Shown here: piece by piece, positions 41,091-55,330 of the stretch
Numbering within the stretch: the first letter of the stretch is position 1
How the letters are laid out: each line of letters starts with the position of its first letter
Assembly: GCA_951406725.2 (NCBI GenBank)
Contig: OX597826.1
Coordinates: 35,712,001 to 35,776,000, forward strand
Origin: Octopus vulgaris
Taxonomy: Eukaryota
DNA length: 64,000 nt
Direction: 5' to 3'
Notes under the pieces: generated by a model
The model's input: only the letters and a program-made list of their open reading frames with translations
Told to the model about the DNA's origin: nothing
The model's database searches: none
Made by a program: the position numbers and the translations under genes

Positions 41091-41316
41091 AACCATTTTA
41101 GCATTCAAATTATTTTGTCAAATGTAAACCTTATTTATTACCATTCTTTTCAGTTAATCTTGCTTTATTTCTTAGCTTCAATATTTTGATGATATGATTC
41201 TTTATTATAGTATGACATTATAGGGTAGGTGTGAAAGGCCAGATCTAGTCTGTTTGAACATAAAGCAGGTAGGATATTTAGGCTAGACTTGGCTAGTTTA
41301 AACGCTAAAGAGTTAA
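41091..41316. mobile_element. piggyBac-like MITE, second family (copies at about 26160-26355 and split at 49090-49165 plus 49935-50084)
   Basis: Ends are aaccattttagcatt and aacgctaaagagttaa. The interior tagggtaggtgtga.aggccagat is shared among the copies. Confidence 0.6.
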
Positions 41317-41754
41317 ATTCAAACAAAAACATAAAAACAGTGGCTTTATGTGTGTATGTGTGTTGGGGGTGCCAGTCATCAAAGGCCAGTGGTAAGAGAT
41401 CAGCTACTGCAAGACCTACTAGTGCCTTTAAATCTATAGATACTTTCGGTAATATGGTATATAACATTCAAATGAAACATAGTAAAGATATTGGTAATTT
41501 CCTTGCATATTTATGCTAGTATCCTTATCTTTGTTGGTATGGCCATAGTGTTTCAGCTAGTGAACACTACAGCATTCATCAGATGCTTCAGGCATTCAAT
41601 AACATTCTTAAAGCTTCAAAGCAAATTCTTTAATCAATTTTTGGAGATATGTTGTTTTCATTTCATTGTACATGTCACAGATATTCTTGTAGTTGTTATT
41701 CTTAATGTGGTTTGATCATTTACTTCAACCTGAGTGTATAAATACATATGTATA

Positions 41755-41786
<32 letters not shown>

Positions 41787-42177
41787 CATATACATTCATA
41801 CATATATACATATGCATGTGTGCATGTATGTGTCTGTCTATATGTATATATATATACATACATTCCAGCCTATAATTTTTGTATGTATGTATATACACAC
41901 ACACACACATTCCATTCTAGCATTTTTTCATGTAAAGTATCTTTGCTTTTAAATGATGCTTAAAATTATTTAGATTTTTCTTATTTATACAGTTTATGTA
42001 TATATCTATTTGTATAGCTTGTATATCATGTGGGCTTTGTATTGTGGCCAACATTTACGACCACTTGTGAACTTTTTGTTCTTTATAAAATTTTTGTACG
42101 TTTTTCCTTATATCTTATTTTCACAAATTCATTTAAATTTGATATTCTTAATTTTTTCAAATTCCATCATATGATCC

Positions 42178-42625
42178 CAGAATTTTTAGGTCTCTGGTCT
42201 CCACTGTCCTCCTTTATAGTTTTGAGTCTTGGCCATTCTCCAGGGCCCTTTGGACCTGCCTGAAACCCTTTGATACCAAAACATTTTTCAGGATTTTAGG
42301 TTAATATTGGTTAGATTTCATATCCAGCCAATGATTCTGCTCAGGAATCAGGATTCGTCCTCTTACTTGTACAATACAGGAGTGTCTGCTCAAATTGTTT
42401 GGTCGTGTTGCTTGATTTTCCACTCTCTTCACTGAGAGTCCAGCTGGATTGACAGCTCATGCTGCTCGTGTTGGTCAACCACATACCATATGGTCATGGC
42501 AGATGAGGAGGTGCTTCAAAGAAATGGGGACGAACTGAGACTCTGTTCTCAAAGGTTACCCTGGAGGATCAGTGGTGAATGCAGTAACACACTGTAATGG
42601 CGCAAGCCCCACACCTGATCTGACC
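42178..42625 (+). pseudogene. Old RTE-clade LINE 3' remnant from a second family
   Basis: One frame with stops reads RIFRSLVSTVLLYSFESW...FDTKTFFRILG*YWLDFIS...TCTIQECLLKLFGRVA*, then GQPHTIW. This matches the RTE consensus VLLYGCESW...RRILG...LRLFGHVAR...GRP..TW. It ends cacacctgatctgacct. Confidence 0.75.
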
Positions 42626-43518
42626 TTACCATTCCAAAACGGCCTCCTAAGATTAAATAAGGTGAAATAATAATAAATACATGATGGCTATGTAAAGCAA
42701 AGAGAGAATAGTCATGGGTGAGATGATTTTGACCAAAGACTTTCTCGATGAATGCCAATCTGGAGCCAAGTCTTGATTTTCAATTCAAATCTTGTATGAA
42801 TCAGCATTGTTTATCATTTGTATGGCAGTGACAAAAACGCAAACAGCAGTAATATGCTGAGGAAACAAATTCAGTTAACCACATCTATATCCACCCCATC
42901 AGTGCCACTGTGACAAAAGTCTTTCCAGTCAAAAAGTAGTCAGTATTTCTTTTAAATGTTCAAGACAGGCACTTACCAGAGTTTTGTATGATTGACTTAT
43001 AGCGTGGCTTCAAGTTTCAGCAATAATTATTAATGGTTTTCAAATTTTTTGGCACAAGGCCAGCAATTTGGAGGGAGGTTAGTCAATTATATCGACCCCA
43101 GTATCCAACTGGTACTTATTTTATCAACTCCAAACGATGAGAGGCAAAATCAACCTTGGCAGAATTCGAACTCAAAACGTAAAGATATACAGAATGCCCC
43201 TAAGCATTTTTACCCCGTGTGCTACTGATAATAATGAAGATGATGGTGGTGATGAGGACAACAGTGATGGTGGTGGTGATGAGGGCAATGATGACGGTGG
43301 TGGTGGTGACCACAATGATGATTATAATATAATAATAACAACAACAATAACATGAAGAGTGGTGGTAGTGGTGGTGGTGGTAGTGGTGGTAGTGGCGGTA
43401 GGGAATGATGATGAGGAGGAGGAAGAGGAGGTGCCGGATCAGGATGAGGATGGCAACAACAACAACAACAACAACAGCAACCACAACAATAATGACGATG
43501 ATGATGATAATGATAACA

Positions 43519-43568
<50 letters not shown>

Positions 43569-43939
43569 CAAGTACTGATAAATGTTTGTATTTCCATTTC
43601 CATGTAGTCTTCGAGTAAATCTGGTCATACACAGTAAATAAAGTTTTGGAAACACGCAATGAAGCCTGAAGCACCAAACTGACCGATAAAAATTAGTGTC
43701 TGTAGTAAGAGTCATTATCAGACGTTTAAGCCACGACCGTAAAAGGTTTTGTTTTTTTATTTTATGTCTGTGTGGTTTTTTTTTCTTTATACTACTTTAT
43801 TTTTTATTTTTATATTTCTAACCATTATTGTATCTTGAAGACACAGGCATAATTCTTGTCTCTTGGGAATCACAAACCCAAACTATAATTTATGATCTAT
43901 CAGTAATTTTTACATAATAAAACACCACCTACACACACA

Positions 43940-44570
<631 letters not shown>

Positions 44571-46737
44571 ACACATTCAATCACACACAATCATACGTAT
44601 AGATTGTGTGTAAATGTGTGTGTGTGTTTGTGTGTTTGTGTATGAGTACGTGTCTTATATTTGGACGGTGTGTCTAATAAATTGTTCTTGTAACAGATTT
44701 TATAATGGTTCATGCAACAGTTGGCAGGGAATCGTTTCAGCTATTTTTATACATTATCGTATGAAAATACACAATGAAAATACCTCGGTGGTTTCTGCGA
44801 ATACATAAATTTTATTCAGGTCTTTGACAGAAGAAATTATTTTCATGGCAGAGCACTCCAACATATTAGTTCCACATTGGCACAATGTTTTGCTCTGTCT
44901 TGTCATGTGTGTTTAATTAGGGGAACCAGTGTTTATTTTATGTTTAAGAAATATCTAGCCATGGTGACGGTGGTGAAGATGAAAATAATGATGGTGATGG
45001 TGGTGGTGGTGGTGGTGGTGGTGGTGGTGGTGGTACTGCTGGGGGAGATGATGATGAAAACGAGGAAATGTGAATGAGGCAGAAGGGGATAGCAATGACG
45101 TTGCAGGTGATGATGAGAATGACGAGGTGGAGGGAGACGATGAGGCTGATGATGAGGAGGAGGAGATTAAAAGTTGATGATGATGATCTTTATAATTAGG
45201 ATGATGATGACATAAATGACAATTATGTTGATGATGATGATGATGATGACGAGGATGCTGATGATGATGTTGATGACAATGCTGCTGATGGTGATGATGA
45301 CAGCAGCTACAACGATGACCACAACGACGATGATGATGGTGGTGGTGGTCCTGATGATTAAAATAATGTGAAAGAGCTGTTAACAATTGTGTTGGTATTA
45401 ATGATGGTGATAACAATGAAGATGACAGCATCACCCATAATGATGATGGAACGAATGGAATTGGTGAGGAACCAGGATGATGAGGGAGAAACATGCAGGT
45501 GTGATTGTGTGAGAGGGCAATGAAGAAGAAAGAGAGCAACAACATAACTTGAGGAGCTGAAGGTTTTACAGCACCAAATCAATACTGAGCCATATTGATA
45601 GAAAATCTATAAACAGGATGTATGCCACTGGGTTGGGGGAGGGATTCTTAGATATGTCTCATATCAATTTGATCCATGGTTGATACCATATTACTTTTTT
45701 AATAATGACAATCCATTTAAGAAATGTATAAAAACATCAAGTTGCTCTTTTCTCCCACCTTGGGCTTGTGTTCCAAAATGATATCTTCAATCATCAGATA
45801 ATTGACTTTACCATTCTCTATTCCAGTTCAGTTCTAATAGCAACCAATGAACTTTATCAACTTCTGTGGAATGTAAAGAGAATTTCTTTAGTAAAAAATA
45901 AAATGACAAACAATAATGGGGGGAAATGGTTAAAATCATTTGTTATATATATATCTAAATGTCTGAGATCAACATCATCATCCTCATCAACGTCATCATT
46001 ATTATTATTGCTGGTAAGAAGGCAGCGAGTTGGCAGAGCTGTTAGCATGCCAGGCAAAATGCTTAGTGGCAGTTTGTTTGTCTTTACATTCTGATTTCAA
46101 ATTTCAAAGGTCCCCTTTGCCTTTCATCCTTTTAGGGTCAATAAAATAAGTACCTGTTGAGCACTGGGGTCAATGCAATTGATTTACCCCTCCCCTCGTA
46201 ATTACTGGCTTTGTGTCATAATTTAAAATCATTAAACTGAAGAGCACAAAAGAAAAAGGAGTACTTTCTATGGTGTTCCTGCTGCGTAGGGTGGTTAGGG
46301 ATCTATGGAGGTCCCTTGGTGGTCTCTGGATGGTTTCCTCACAACTAGGGAATTAAAAAAATTTTCTTATCAACAGTTATTGTTATTTTTTATTGTTTAC
46401 ACATTTATGTAAATCTTCACCATCCTTCATTTTTCCTGTTGCTCTAAATGTTTTCTGCAGCCCTTGTGGCCAATAAACAAAGTATCATTACTATGATTTT
46501 TATTTCTATTTAAATGGTCAGCTGGCAGAATCCTTAGAATGTTGGACAAAAATACTCAATGGAATTTCACCTGGTTCTTTACATTTCGAGTTTGAATTTT
46601 ATCCAAGATGACTTTGCCTTTCATCTTTCAGGTTTGATAAAATGAAGTACCAGTCAAGTACTTGAATTGATGTGGGCAACTTCCCATTTCCCTAAAATTT
46701 CAGGCCTTGTTCTGACCATAGAAACAATTATTATTAT

Positions 46738-46945
46738 TGGTGAGCTGACAGAATCACCAGCCCACCGGGTGAAATGCTTAACAGTATTTCATCCATCAGT
46801 ATGTTCTGAGTTCAAATTCTGCCAAGGTTAACTTTGCCTTTCATCCTTTTGGTGTCTATTAATTACCAGTGAAATACTGGGGTCAATGCAAATCGACTAG
46901 TCCACTTCCCCAAAATTTCAGGTCTTGCACCTTTAGGAGAAAGGA
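46738..46945 (+). mobile_element. SINE family B (Meta-domain-like); other copies at about 46015-46230, 46515-46735, 34860-35030, 35060-35270, 30830-30975 (+) and 10275-10400, 43035-43230 (-)
   Basis: gagctgacagaatc...gttctgagttcaaattctgccaaggttaactttgcctttcatccttttggtgtctattaattaccag. The gcctttcatcctt..ggtc.ataaa..agtacc block resembles the MetaSINE domain as I recall it. Confidence 0.7.
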
Positions 46946-46979
46946 TCATCATCATCATCATCATCACCATCATCATCAC

Positions 46980-47032
<53 letters not shown>

Positions 47033-47077
47033 CCATCATCACCATCATCACCATCATCATCATCATCATCATCATCA
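46945..47077. repeat. (CAT)n microsatellite; GAT/GGT-rich low-complexity zones also at about 43230-43520 and 44960-45490
   Basis: Directly visible. Confidence 0.97.
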
Positions 47078-47960
47078 TTCACTCCTGAACTGAAATAGGC
47101 TCCCAGCCTCTGTATCATGAATGGTTATGTGGACCAATCCTAATGAAAGCCAGAGCTTCCTTTGACCACTACATAAAAGGTATTAAGAAAAAAATGTTAT
47201 CTTGATATACTTTTGTTTTAGTTGTTTACACTATTTTATGCTTGTTTATATTTTTATACATTCAAAGTCCTTTTATATCTGACTAAATTTGTTAGAATTA
47301 TCAGAATTCCAACCTCCTCTAATTCCATCTTGTCTTTAGAATTGGTGTTAATTATTTTAAACATAAAAACTAGGGGAAAGAAGCCCCCACAATAAATTAG
47401 ATTCAAATGCAGAATGGAGTGATTCTAACCAATAACATTTAGTCCTTATTCCGTCATCCCTAGCAGGATTTGATCTCAGCACCTAAGGAGGCAATTCTAA
47501 GCATTTATATACAATTTCTCCATCTCCGAACTTTTCTTCACCTTTCTTCATGAGTTTTAATATTATCGAACACATTTTCAAAAACTATCAGGTAAAATTT
47601 AGACGTTTACTTTGGTATTAATGTCCATTTCCAGTGAACACAGACAAAATATTTTATCACAAAAGTGACTTGTAAATCTCGGATGATAAATATCTTTTCG
47701 ACAGAAACTTAACTTGTTTATTTTTTTTTTCAGTTTTTCTTGTGGTTTTTTTTTTGTTTTCTTTTGTCAAGAATAAGAGTCAATTTTTACAGCAAAATCT
47801 TAAATTTATTGCAATGAGTAACAAATATTAAAGATTAATGATAGAAATTTACGAAAAACTAAAATCTCTTACTTAATGGTCAGATTTAATGTCCCTTAAA
47901 ATATATATACATAAATGTATATATGTACATACATATATATATATATATACATTTCATATA

Positions 47961-48002
<42 letters not shown>

Positions 48003-48677
48003 CATATATATGTATATATATATACACACACATTTATATAAACATATATACATACACTTATATATATATATATAGGTATATATATATGAATATACGTATT
48101 TATGTATATGTATATATTTTTATTTGCACGTGTACATATATTTACATATATATGCATATATATGTATATATATATTTATGTGTGTGTATATATACATATG
48201 CATATATATATGTGTATATATATATATACATACACATGTATATATGTATGTGAGTGTATATATGTATATATTGTAAATATAGGTATGTAAATTTGATATA
48301 TATAATGTTAAATGAAAATTTAAAGTCCTAATATACTATGTCTGTGTACACATTCCATTATAGATGTGAGCCATGATTACAACAGGTACCTTAACTAAGT
48401 TTTATAATAAATATATTCTTCGCAATTCTTTATTACAGGTGAACAAAACATTGAAAAGTCTGTTAATATGAAGAAACACTTTATTAATTGACTCGTTAAG
48501 TTTTCTTCTCAGTCAACTTACATTAATGGTTCACAAATGTCATTTAATGATTTATGTATATATGTATATACTCACATATACATACAAACAAACATATATG
48601 TACAGATATATATACATATATATATATGTAGATATATAGATATATATATATGTAGATATATAGATATATATATATGT

Positions 48678-48742
<65 letters not shown>

Positions 48743-49167
48743 GATATGTCGATAGATATATCGATAGATACAAACATACATACATTCATGTGTGTATGTA
48801 TGTACGTATGTATATATGCATGTATGCATGAATATATATGCTGTTTCACTTCATAAGCTTTTTATAACATCTCTTTCAAACTAGAATTTGGCAAATCTGT
48901 GCTGTTTAGTTGCATTATCTAAGATAACTGAGACAAAATAATGCATAAGTATTAGAATTTGTGATTAATGACTTATGATTGTAATGTATCACTCTTTTAG
49001 TCACAATAATCTCTACTTTCTACTGATATAAACTTTGGCATCATATGACTTACTTTGAAAGATATTTTGTATATTTTAGAATATTTATTCCTTTCGCATT
49101 CAGATTATTCTGTCTCATGTAATGCTTATTTATGTATTTGCTTTGAAATAACCATGCATTATTAGAT

Positions 49168-49932
49168 AGGTGAAGGCATGGCTGTTGGTAAGAAGTTTGC
49201 TTCCCAACCAAGTGGTTCTGGGTTCAGTCCTACTGTATGGCACCTTCCACAGTAGCTTTGAGCCAGCTAAAGCCTTGTGAGGAGATTTGGTAGATGGAAA
49301 CTGAGAGAAAGCCGGTGGTGTGTGTGTGTGCATGCGTGTGTGTGTGCATGCGTGTGTGTGTGTATTGTGGGTGTGATGTGCATTGGTGTGTGTGATTGTA
49401 TCTGTGTGTTAATGTGTGTGATATGTGTGTGTTGGTGGGTGTGATGTGTGTGCATTAGTGGGTGTGGTGTGTGAGCATTGGTGAGTTTGATGTGTGTACG
49501 TTGGTGGGTGTGATGTGAGTGTGTGTGTTAGTGGGAGTGATGTGTATGTGTTGGTGGGTGTGATGTGTGTGCATTGGTGGGTGTGATGTGTATACATTGG
49601 TGGGTGTGATGTGTGTGCGTTGGTGGGTGTGATGTGTGTATTGGTGGGTGTGACATGTGTGTGTTGGTAGGTGGGACATGTGTGTGTTGGTAGGTGTGAT
49701 GTGAATATGTGTGTCTTTATCTTAATATCTGTTTGTTCCCACCATCAATGCTTAACAACCAGTGCTGATGTATTTATGTCCCTGTAACATAGTAGTTCAG
49801 CAAAAGAGACTGATAGTATAAATACCAGACTTAAAAAAAAACACAAAGTACCGGGGTTGATTTATTCAACTAAGTTTCTTCACTGTGGTACTCCAGCATG
49901 ACCACAGTCTAGTGACTGAATCGGTTAAAAAT
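49168..49932 (+). mobile_element. Family A SINE with an internal minisatellite expansion, inserted into a MITE
   Basis: Head at 49172-49315, expanded tract at about 49316-49715, tail at 49730-49930. Confidence 0.75.
49365..49705. repeat. 21-23-bp minisatellite (ttggtgggtgtgatgtgtgtg)n
   Basis: Directly visible tandem units. Confidence 0.9.
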
Positions 49933-50276
49933 GATATCATAGCTTCAAGATTTTCCTGATGAGATTGTTCATTTTGAGAATAACAGTGTAGGGTAGGTGT
50001 GAGAGGCCAGATGTTGCCAGTTTGAACATAGAACACGTAGGATATTTGGGCTAGATTTGGCCAGATTAAATGCTAAAGGATTAAGTGTCATAAAACAGTG
50101 CAATCAGATAGCAAACTAAGTCAGTGAAGCAGTTATAGATTGAGGTAATGCTGTTTAACTCAGCCTTGAATCTTGCACCTGTCTTTTCTAATCTGGAATA
50201 GGATAAAATGCTTTAGTTTGGCCTATTTATTGAAGGAGAATTCTTTGATGTTGATCCAATCACCTATTATTCCTTT

Positions 50277-50482
50277 CCCTTTCATTACCATATTCATGCT
50301 GGAATACTCTGCATTTGTTTCAATCAATTTAGAAAATAATGAAGAATTTATTAAAATAACTAATGTTTGGAATATAAATTAACCTGAAATTTCAAAGAAA
50401 GGTTTTAATTTAAATCACTTTAAAATAGTGAATTTGTATCATAGAACCAGGGGCAGTTTCAGGCAGGTTGGCATCGAAAGGG
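50277..50482. mobile_element. piggyBac-like MITE (related inverted copy at about 26370-26578)
   Basis: Ends are CCCTTTCATTACCA and TGGCATCGAAAGGG with an AT-rich interior. The TTAA TSD is degenerate here but present (agggttaa) at about 26572-26579. Confidence 0.55.
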
Positions 50483-51044
50483 TAAATATTATAAAATTTT
50501 TTACATAATCGATTTTTGGTTTGTATTTGAAATGACATTCTACAGTTTGCAAATTTCCTCTGTCATGGTTGCATTGCCATTATCATTATCAATCTCATTG
50601 CAGTGTTTATTTTCATCATTATAATCCTTCACACCATCAAAATCATCACCACTGTCTTTGGTTATAGTTCTGGTAGTAGTTGATTTTCCATTTCAAATTG
50701 CTCAGGTTGCATGACCTAGTAGGAAGCCACAATCTTGAGATTATGGTTTTCAGTTCCTGAATCAGGCAACACACTGTGTTCTTGAGCAAAATGCTTCATC
50801 TCAGGCAGCTCTGCATCCACTCTTGGACATCCGACATGTGGCACAACATGCACTGATGTGGGAAATGTCGATTTGGTGGCAAGAGAGTGAGCCAATGTAC
50901 AACACAAGCATTTGACATGTTTAGCAAATCACCTCAGCGGGTTTTTGAGTATGGAAAAGTGGATACTGAACAAGGATGACGATAATATTATTCATCTTTA
51001 TATTATTATACATACATATATCTATATATATATTCATATACATA

Positions 51045-51220
51045 TCATCATCATCATTCAATGTTCATTTCCCATGCTAGTGTAGGTCTGACGATTTGAC
51101 AGGAGCTGGTAGGGCTATAAGCCATACCAGGCTCCTTTGTGTTCTTTTTGAGATGATTTCTAGAGCTGGATGCCCTTCCTAATGCCAACCATTTTACAGA
51201 GTTTACTAGGTGCTTCTTAG
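51045..51220 (-). mobile_element. Short RTE-family 3' tail (similar pieces at about 31060-31245 +, 59545-59735 +, 61040-61220 -, 61776-61875 -)
   Basis: catcatcattcaatgttcatttcccatgctag...gctggatgcccttcctaatgccaacc. Confidence 0.65.
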
Positions 51221-52573
51221 CATACATATACACATAGACATATATGCATACACACACACACATCTATCTATATATATATATAAAAATACATACACACACG
51301 TGCATATGTGTGTGTGTGTGTGCACTTGCATGCATGTGTATGTTCATGTGTGTGTATGTTTTCAATATTCTACATTTTGTCAGTTAGGTTTAACCAATTC
51401 ACTGTGATTGAGAACGGCTAACTGCAATAGATATTACGAATTCTATTAGGAAAAATAAAATTGAAAGGCACCGTGTTAATTGCAATCGTTGGCAGCGCTT
51501 AACTGACCAAAATTCCCACCACTGAAACACTCTGACATACCAATAAGAAACAGCAAGAACAAAATATTGACAATGGAAATTTAATTCCCAAGCCATTACA
51601 TAATTGTCATTATTATCATCATTATTATCATCATTATCGTCATTATAATCCTCCTTGTTTTTATCCTTCATGCCATCAAGATTAGCATCACATCAACCCA
51701 CCTATAACACCTGCAATAGTAATTCTTCTCCCAGTGGGGTCCAAAGCTGCACATTTGCAATGGAGCGATCGTAATATTTGAATTCCACCTCAGCACATGC
51801 TTCATACACTTAATTTAGCAACTTCGTTAGTTGAAAGGTAAATTAAACATTGGCAAGAGATTCATAGAAGAAAAAGAAACAACAATGAGATATAGTCCAG
51901 TGCTCTCCTAATGGCAATAAAACTATCATAACCATTGTTATCATCAACATCGTCATCATCAATCCTCCTCCTCATCATCATCATCATCACCTTCACCACC
52001 ACTATCATCATCAACATCATCATCAATCATCCTTCTCCTCCTCATTGTCATCACCTTCATCACCACCACCACCACCATTGTCATCAACATCATCAGTCAT
52101 CCTCCTCCTCCTAATCATCATCATCTCATTCACCACCACCACTGCTATTATCATAAAGTCTGCTTTCCCATACAGGAAGGGATCAAATGCAATTTCTTGA
52201 GACACATTTTTCTATGACTGGATGCCCTTCCCGTTGTCAACCCTCACCTGTTTGCAAGCATGACAATATTTCCACATGGTTTGACACTCACTTTCTCTTG
52301 TATACCTTCCTTTTTAACACAGGGGCAATCGTAGCAAAATGCCATTCCCAAGCAAAGCAAGCAAATACCAACATGACTACCTGAACTGTACACTTTTAAC
52401 AGGACACCACTTTATGTATGCATGTACCTGACATGACCCAGGCTGCAGAATTGTTGCAACACAATATGATGCACAGCCTTCCACCCATAAAGGACAATCA
52501 CAGGATGGGTTGAAACGATTGTTGCACAGAATGAAGACCAATACCTAATCCATCTTCTGTTTTACTAATCCAT

Positions 52574-52610
<37 letters not shown>

Positions 52611-53070
52611 TGTGAAGTATATTTGTGACCTAGATGTGGTGGTCCTATAGAGTACGATGTTAATTTTGTTTATAGACCCAGGAAGACCTCTCCTCCAGCT
52701 AGCTAATGACACATTGTCTGTGTCTGATTCATATTTGTGAAGGGAAATCATTGTTCTCATCTCTAACCTTTTTTGAGATCAGGAACAGTTCATCACTGGA
52801 AAAAAACATATAGTATTTTGCATTTGGAATGAGCTCTTATCGGTAGCTTGTGATTATCACACACTGATGATCAGTTACTACCCAGAAACCCGGGTCTGTG
52901 TGTATCACGTAAGGTTAGTGATGGGAACGATGATTTCCCTTTGCAAATACTAATCAGACATAGACAGTGTGTCATTAGCCAGCTGGAGGAGATGTCTTCC
53001 TGGGGTTATAAGCAACAGTAGCATCGTCCCCTATGGGTCCGCCACATTTACGTGGCAAATGTACTTCACG
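52611..53070. repeat. Diverged inverted repeat, arms about 160 bp (52611-52770 and 52911-53070)
   Basis: ccagctagctaatgacacattgtctgtgtctgatt pairs with aatcagacatagacagtgtgtcattagccagctgg. The ORF track shows SLASWRR on both strands. Confidence 0.88.
52858..52902 (+). ncRNA. Type I hammerhead ribozyme motif with damaged stem II
   Basis: CACACA-CUGAUGA-UCAG(uuacua)CCCA-GAAAC-CCGG-GUC-UGUGUG: perfect core, 6-bp stem I, palindromic stem III ACCCGGGU and GUC triplet. Stem II has two mismatches. Confidence 0.7.
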
Positions 53071-53734
53071 ATTCCGTGCTGCTACTGTTTACTTCTCACT
53101 CAGAGATTTAATATTGCTCTATATATACACACATATTATATACACTACTACTACTATTACTGTGTCAGGTAGCTCTTGAGTGCTACTGGTAACATGTAAT
53201 CCAGTACAACCTGTCGCATGCTCGAGTCGTCGGTGACTAAACTGGCAACCCCACAAGGCTTGCTTGGTGATGAGTATGTTGCTGGGCACCCTGTGGGATG
53301 AAAAATAAAACCTGTCAAAGGGCGGATGAACTCCTGAACAGTCAACGGCCATCCAACAATGTCTGTATATATATATATATATATATATCTTTTACTACTA
53401 CTACAACTACTACTAACAACAACATCAACACTGCCACTACCGACACCTATATTAACAATAGCAACAACAATAATGACAACAACAACAATTAAATTGGGAG
53501 AGTTGTGGTGCAGAAAATGTTCCTATAATGTTGATGGAGAATTATTGGGGAAAATGTTGTCACTGCAATCGAAAAAGAGATAAGAAAAGCAGAAGAAAAA
53601 CTTTTCCAGAGAAACTACAAAATATTCCCTCCCTGAGATCATGAGATGTGGTTTGATAGAAAATGGAATGAAACCAGGCAATACGATTCCATCTAACAAC
53701 AGTAACAACAGCAGCAGCAATAATAATGATGATA

Positions 53735-54220
53735 ATCCTTTCTACTATAAGCACAAGGCCTGAAATTTGGTGGGAGGGGACTAGTCAGTTACATCAATCC
53801 CAGTGTGTCACTGGTACTTAATTTATCGATCTTGAAGGGATGAAAGACAGAGTTTGATACCAGCAGAATTTGAATTCAGAACATAGCAACAGGTGAAATA
53901 CTGCTAAGCATTTTCATCCAGTGTGCTAACAATTCTGCCACTTCGCTGCCTTATATAATAATAATAATAATCATAATAATAATAATAATGATAATAATAA
54001 TAATGGCTTCAAATTATGCCACAAGGGCAGCAGTTTTTGGGGATAGGATAAATCGATTACATCAACCCCAGTGTTTCACTGGTACTTAATTTATCAGCCC
54101 CTAAATGATGAAAAGTAAATTCAACCACAGCAAAATTTGAACTCAGAACATAGTTGCAGGTGAAATTCCACTATGCCTTCTATCCAGTGTGCTAACAATT
54201 CTGCCAGCTCACCACCTTAT
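53735..54220 (-). mobile_element. Two tandem family B SINEs separated by (TAA)n
   Basis: Both contain ccagtgt.tcactggtacttaatttatc...tttgaa.tcagaacatag...gtgctaacaattctgcca.ctc (53735-53955 and 54005-54220). Confidence 0.78.
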
Positions 54221-54253
54221 GGATGATGATAATAATAATAAGGATAATGATAA

Positions 54254-54391
54254 GCATTGCTTGGAATTGCAAGAATCCTTTGCAGAGTTCTTGAAGCATG
54301 ACCAGTAAACAAGTGTCACCTTAGTCTGCTGGCTGTGGACAGCTGACACTTTCCATCATACCCAGCAAAATAAGCTGTGAGTTTTTAACAA
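54254..54391 (+). mobile_element. R4/Dong-type non-LTR element extreme 3' end within a (TAA)n array
   Basis: GCATTGCTTGGAATTGCAAGAATCCTTTGCAGAGTTCTTGAAGCATGA translates to ALLGIARILCRVLEA*, resembling the R4/Dong terminal motif ALLGTARILRKVL. A short 3' UTR follows, with TAA-type repeats on both sides. Confidence 0.72.
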
Positions 54392-54599
54392 ATAATAATA
54401 ATCATAATAATAATAATAATAATAATGATAATAATGATAATAATAATAGTATTAGTAATAGCAATAATAATAATAATAATGATAATAACATCAATAATAA
54501 CAACAAATAATAATAACAGCAATAATAAAAATAATAATATCAATAATAGTAGTAACAACAATAATAGTAATAACAACAATAATAACAATAACAACAACG

Positions 54600-54643
<44 letters not shown>

Positions 54644-55330
54644 GCCAATAATAACAATAATAATAATGACAATAATAACAGTAATAATAACAACAATAAT
54701 AATAACAGTAATGATGATAACAGCAACAATAATAATAACAGTAACAACAACAATAATTATAATAACAAATCATTTGTGTAGGTGATTTGGCAAATGCTGA
54801 ACACTCATACATTGTCTTTAATGGGAGAGTCTATCATCATCATCATCATTATTATTATTATTAAAAGAAGAAGAATAACAATGACAACAACAACAATGCA
54901 AACCGTAGCATATATCCAAGACTCACAGAGCTGCACTCAGTAGAGCAACGAAAGCTCAGCACAAAAATAAGACTACTGAATTGTGGTGATGATGATGATG
55001 ATGTTTTCAAATTTTGGCGTGATAACGTTAATAACGAATGTGGTTCCCAATTAGGTTTTTCCAACTTCTGTTTTATGTATTTTGCGAAGTCATGAAGGAG
55101 AATATGGCGATGTAGCATTATTTGCTGTGAGCTATTTTAATAAGAAACAGACAAATAATTGAAGAGAAGACATGAAGTCAAAACTATTAAGTGATAATAT
55201 ACACAACCTTGCTACTACTGGTATGGTAAAATATATCTCTAAATCTATGATTGGTAAGCATTCTTCATATGGAAATTTTCTATCTTTTATTTCCTATTTT
55301 ATTTTGTCATTTATTTATTATAGAGGTGGT

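Noticed and set aside
53165-53220. Twister ribozyme
   Set aside because: The gtagc/gctac hairpin is reminiscent, but the conserved twister core and pseudoknot segments are not identifiable.
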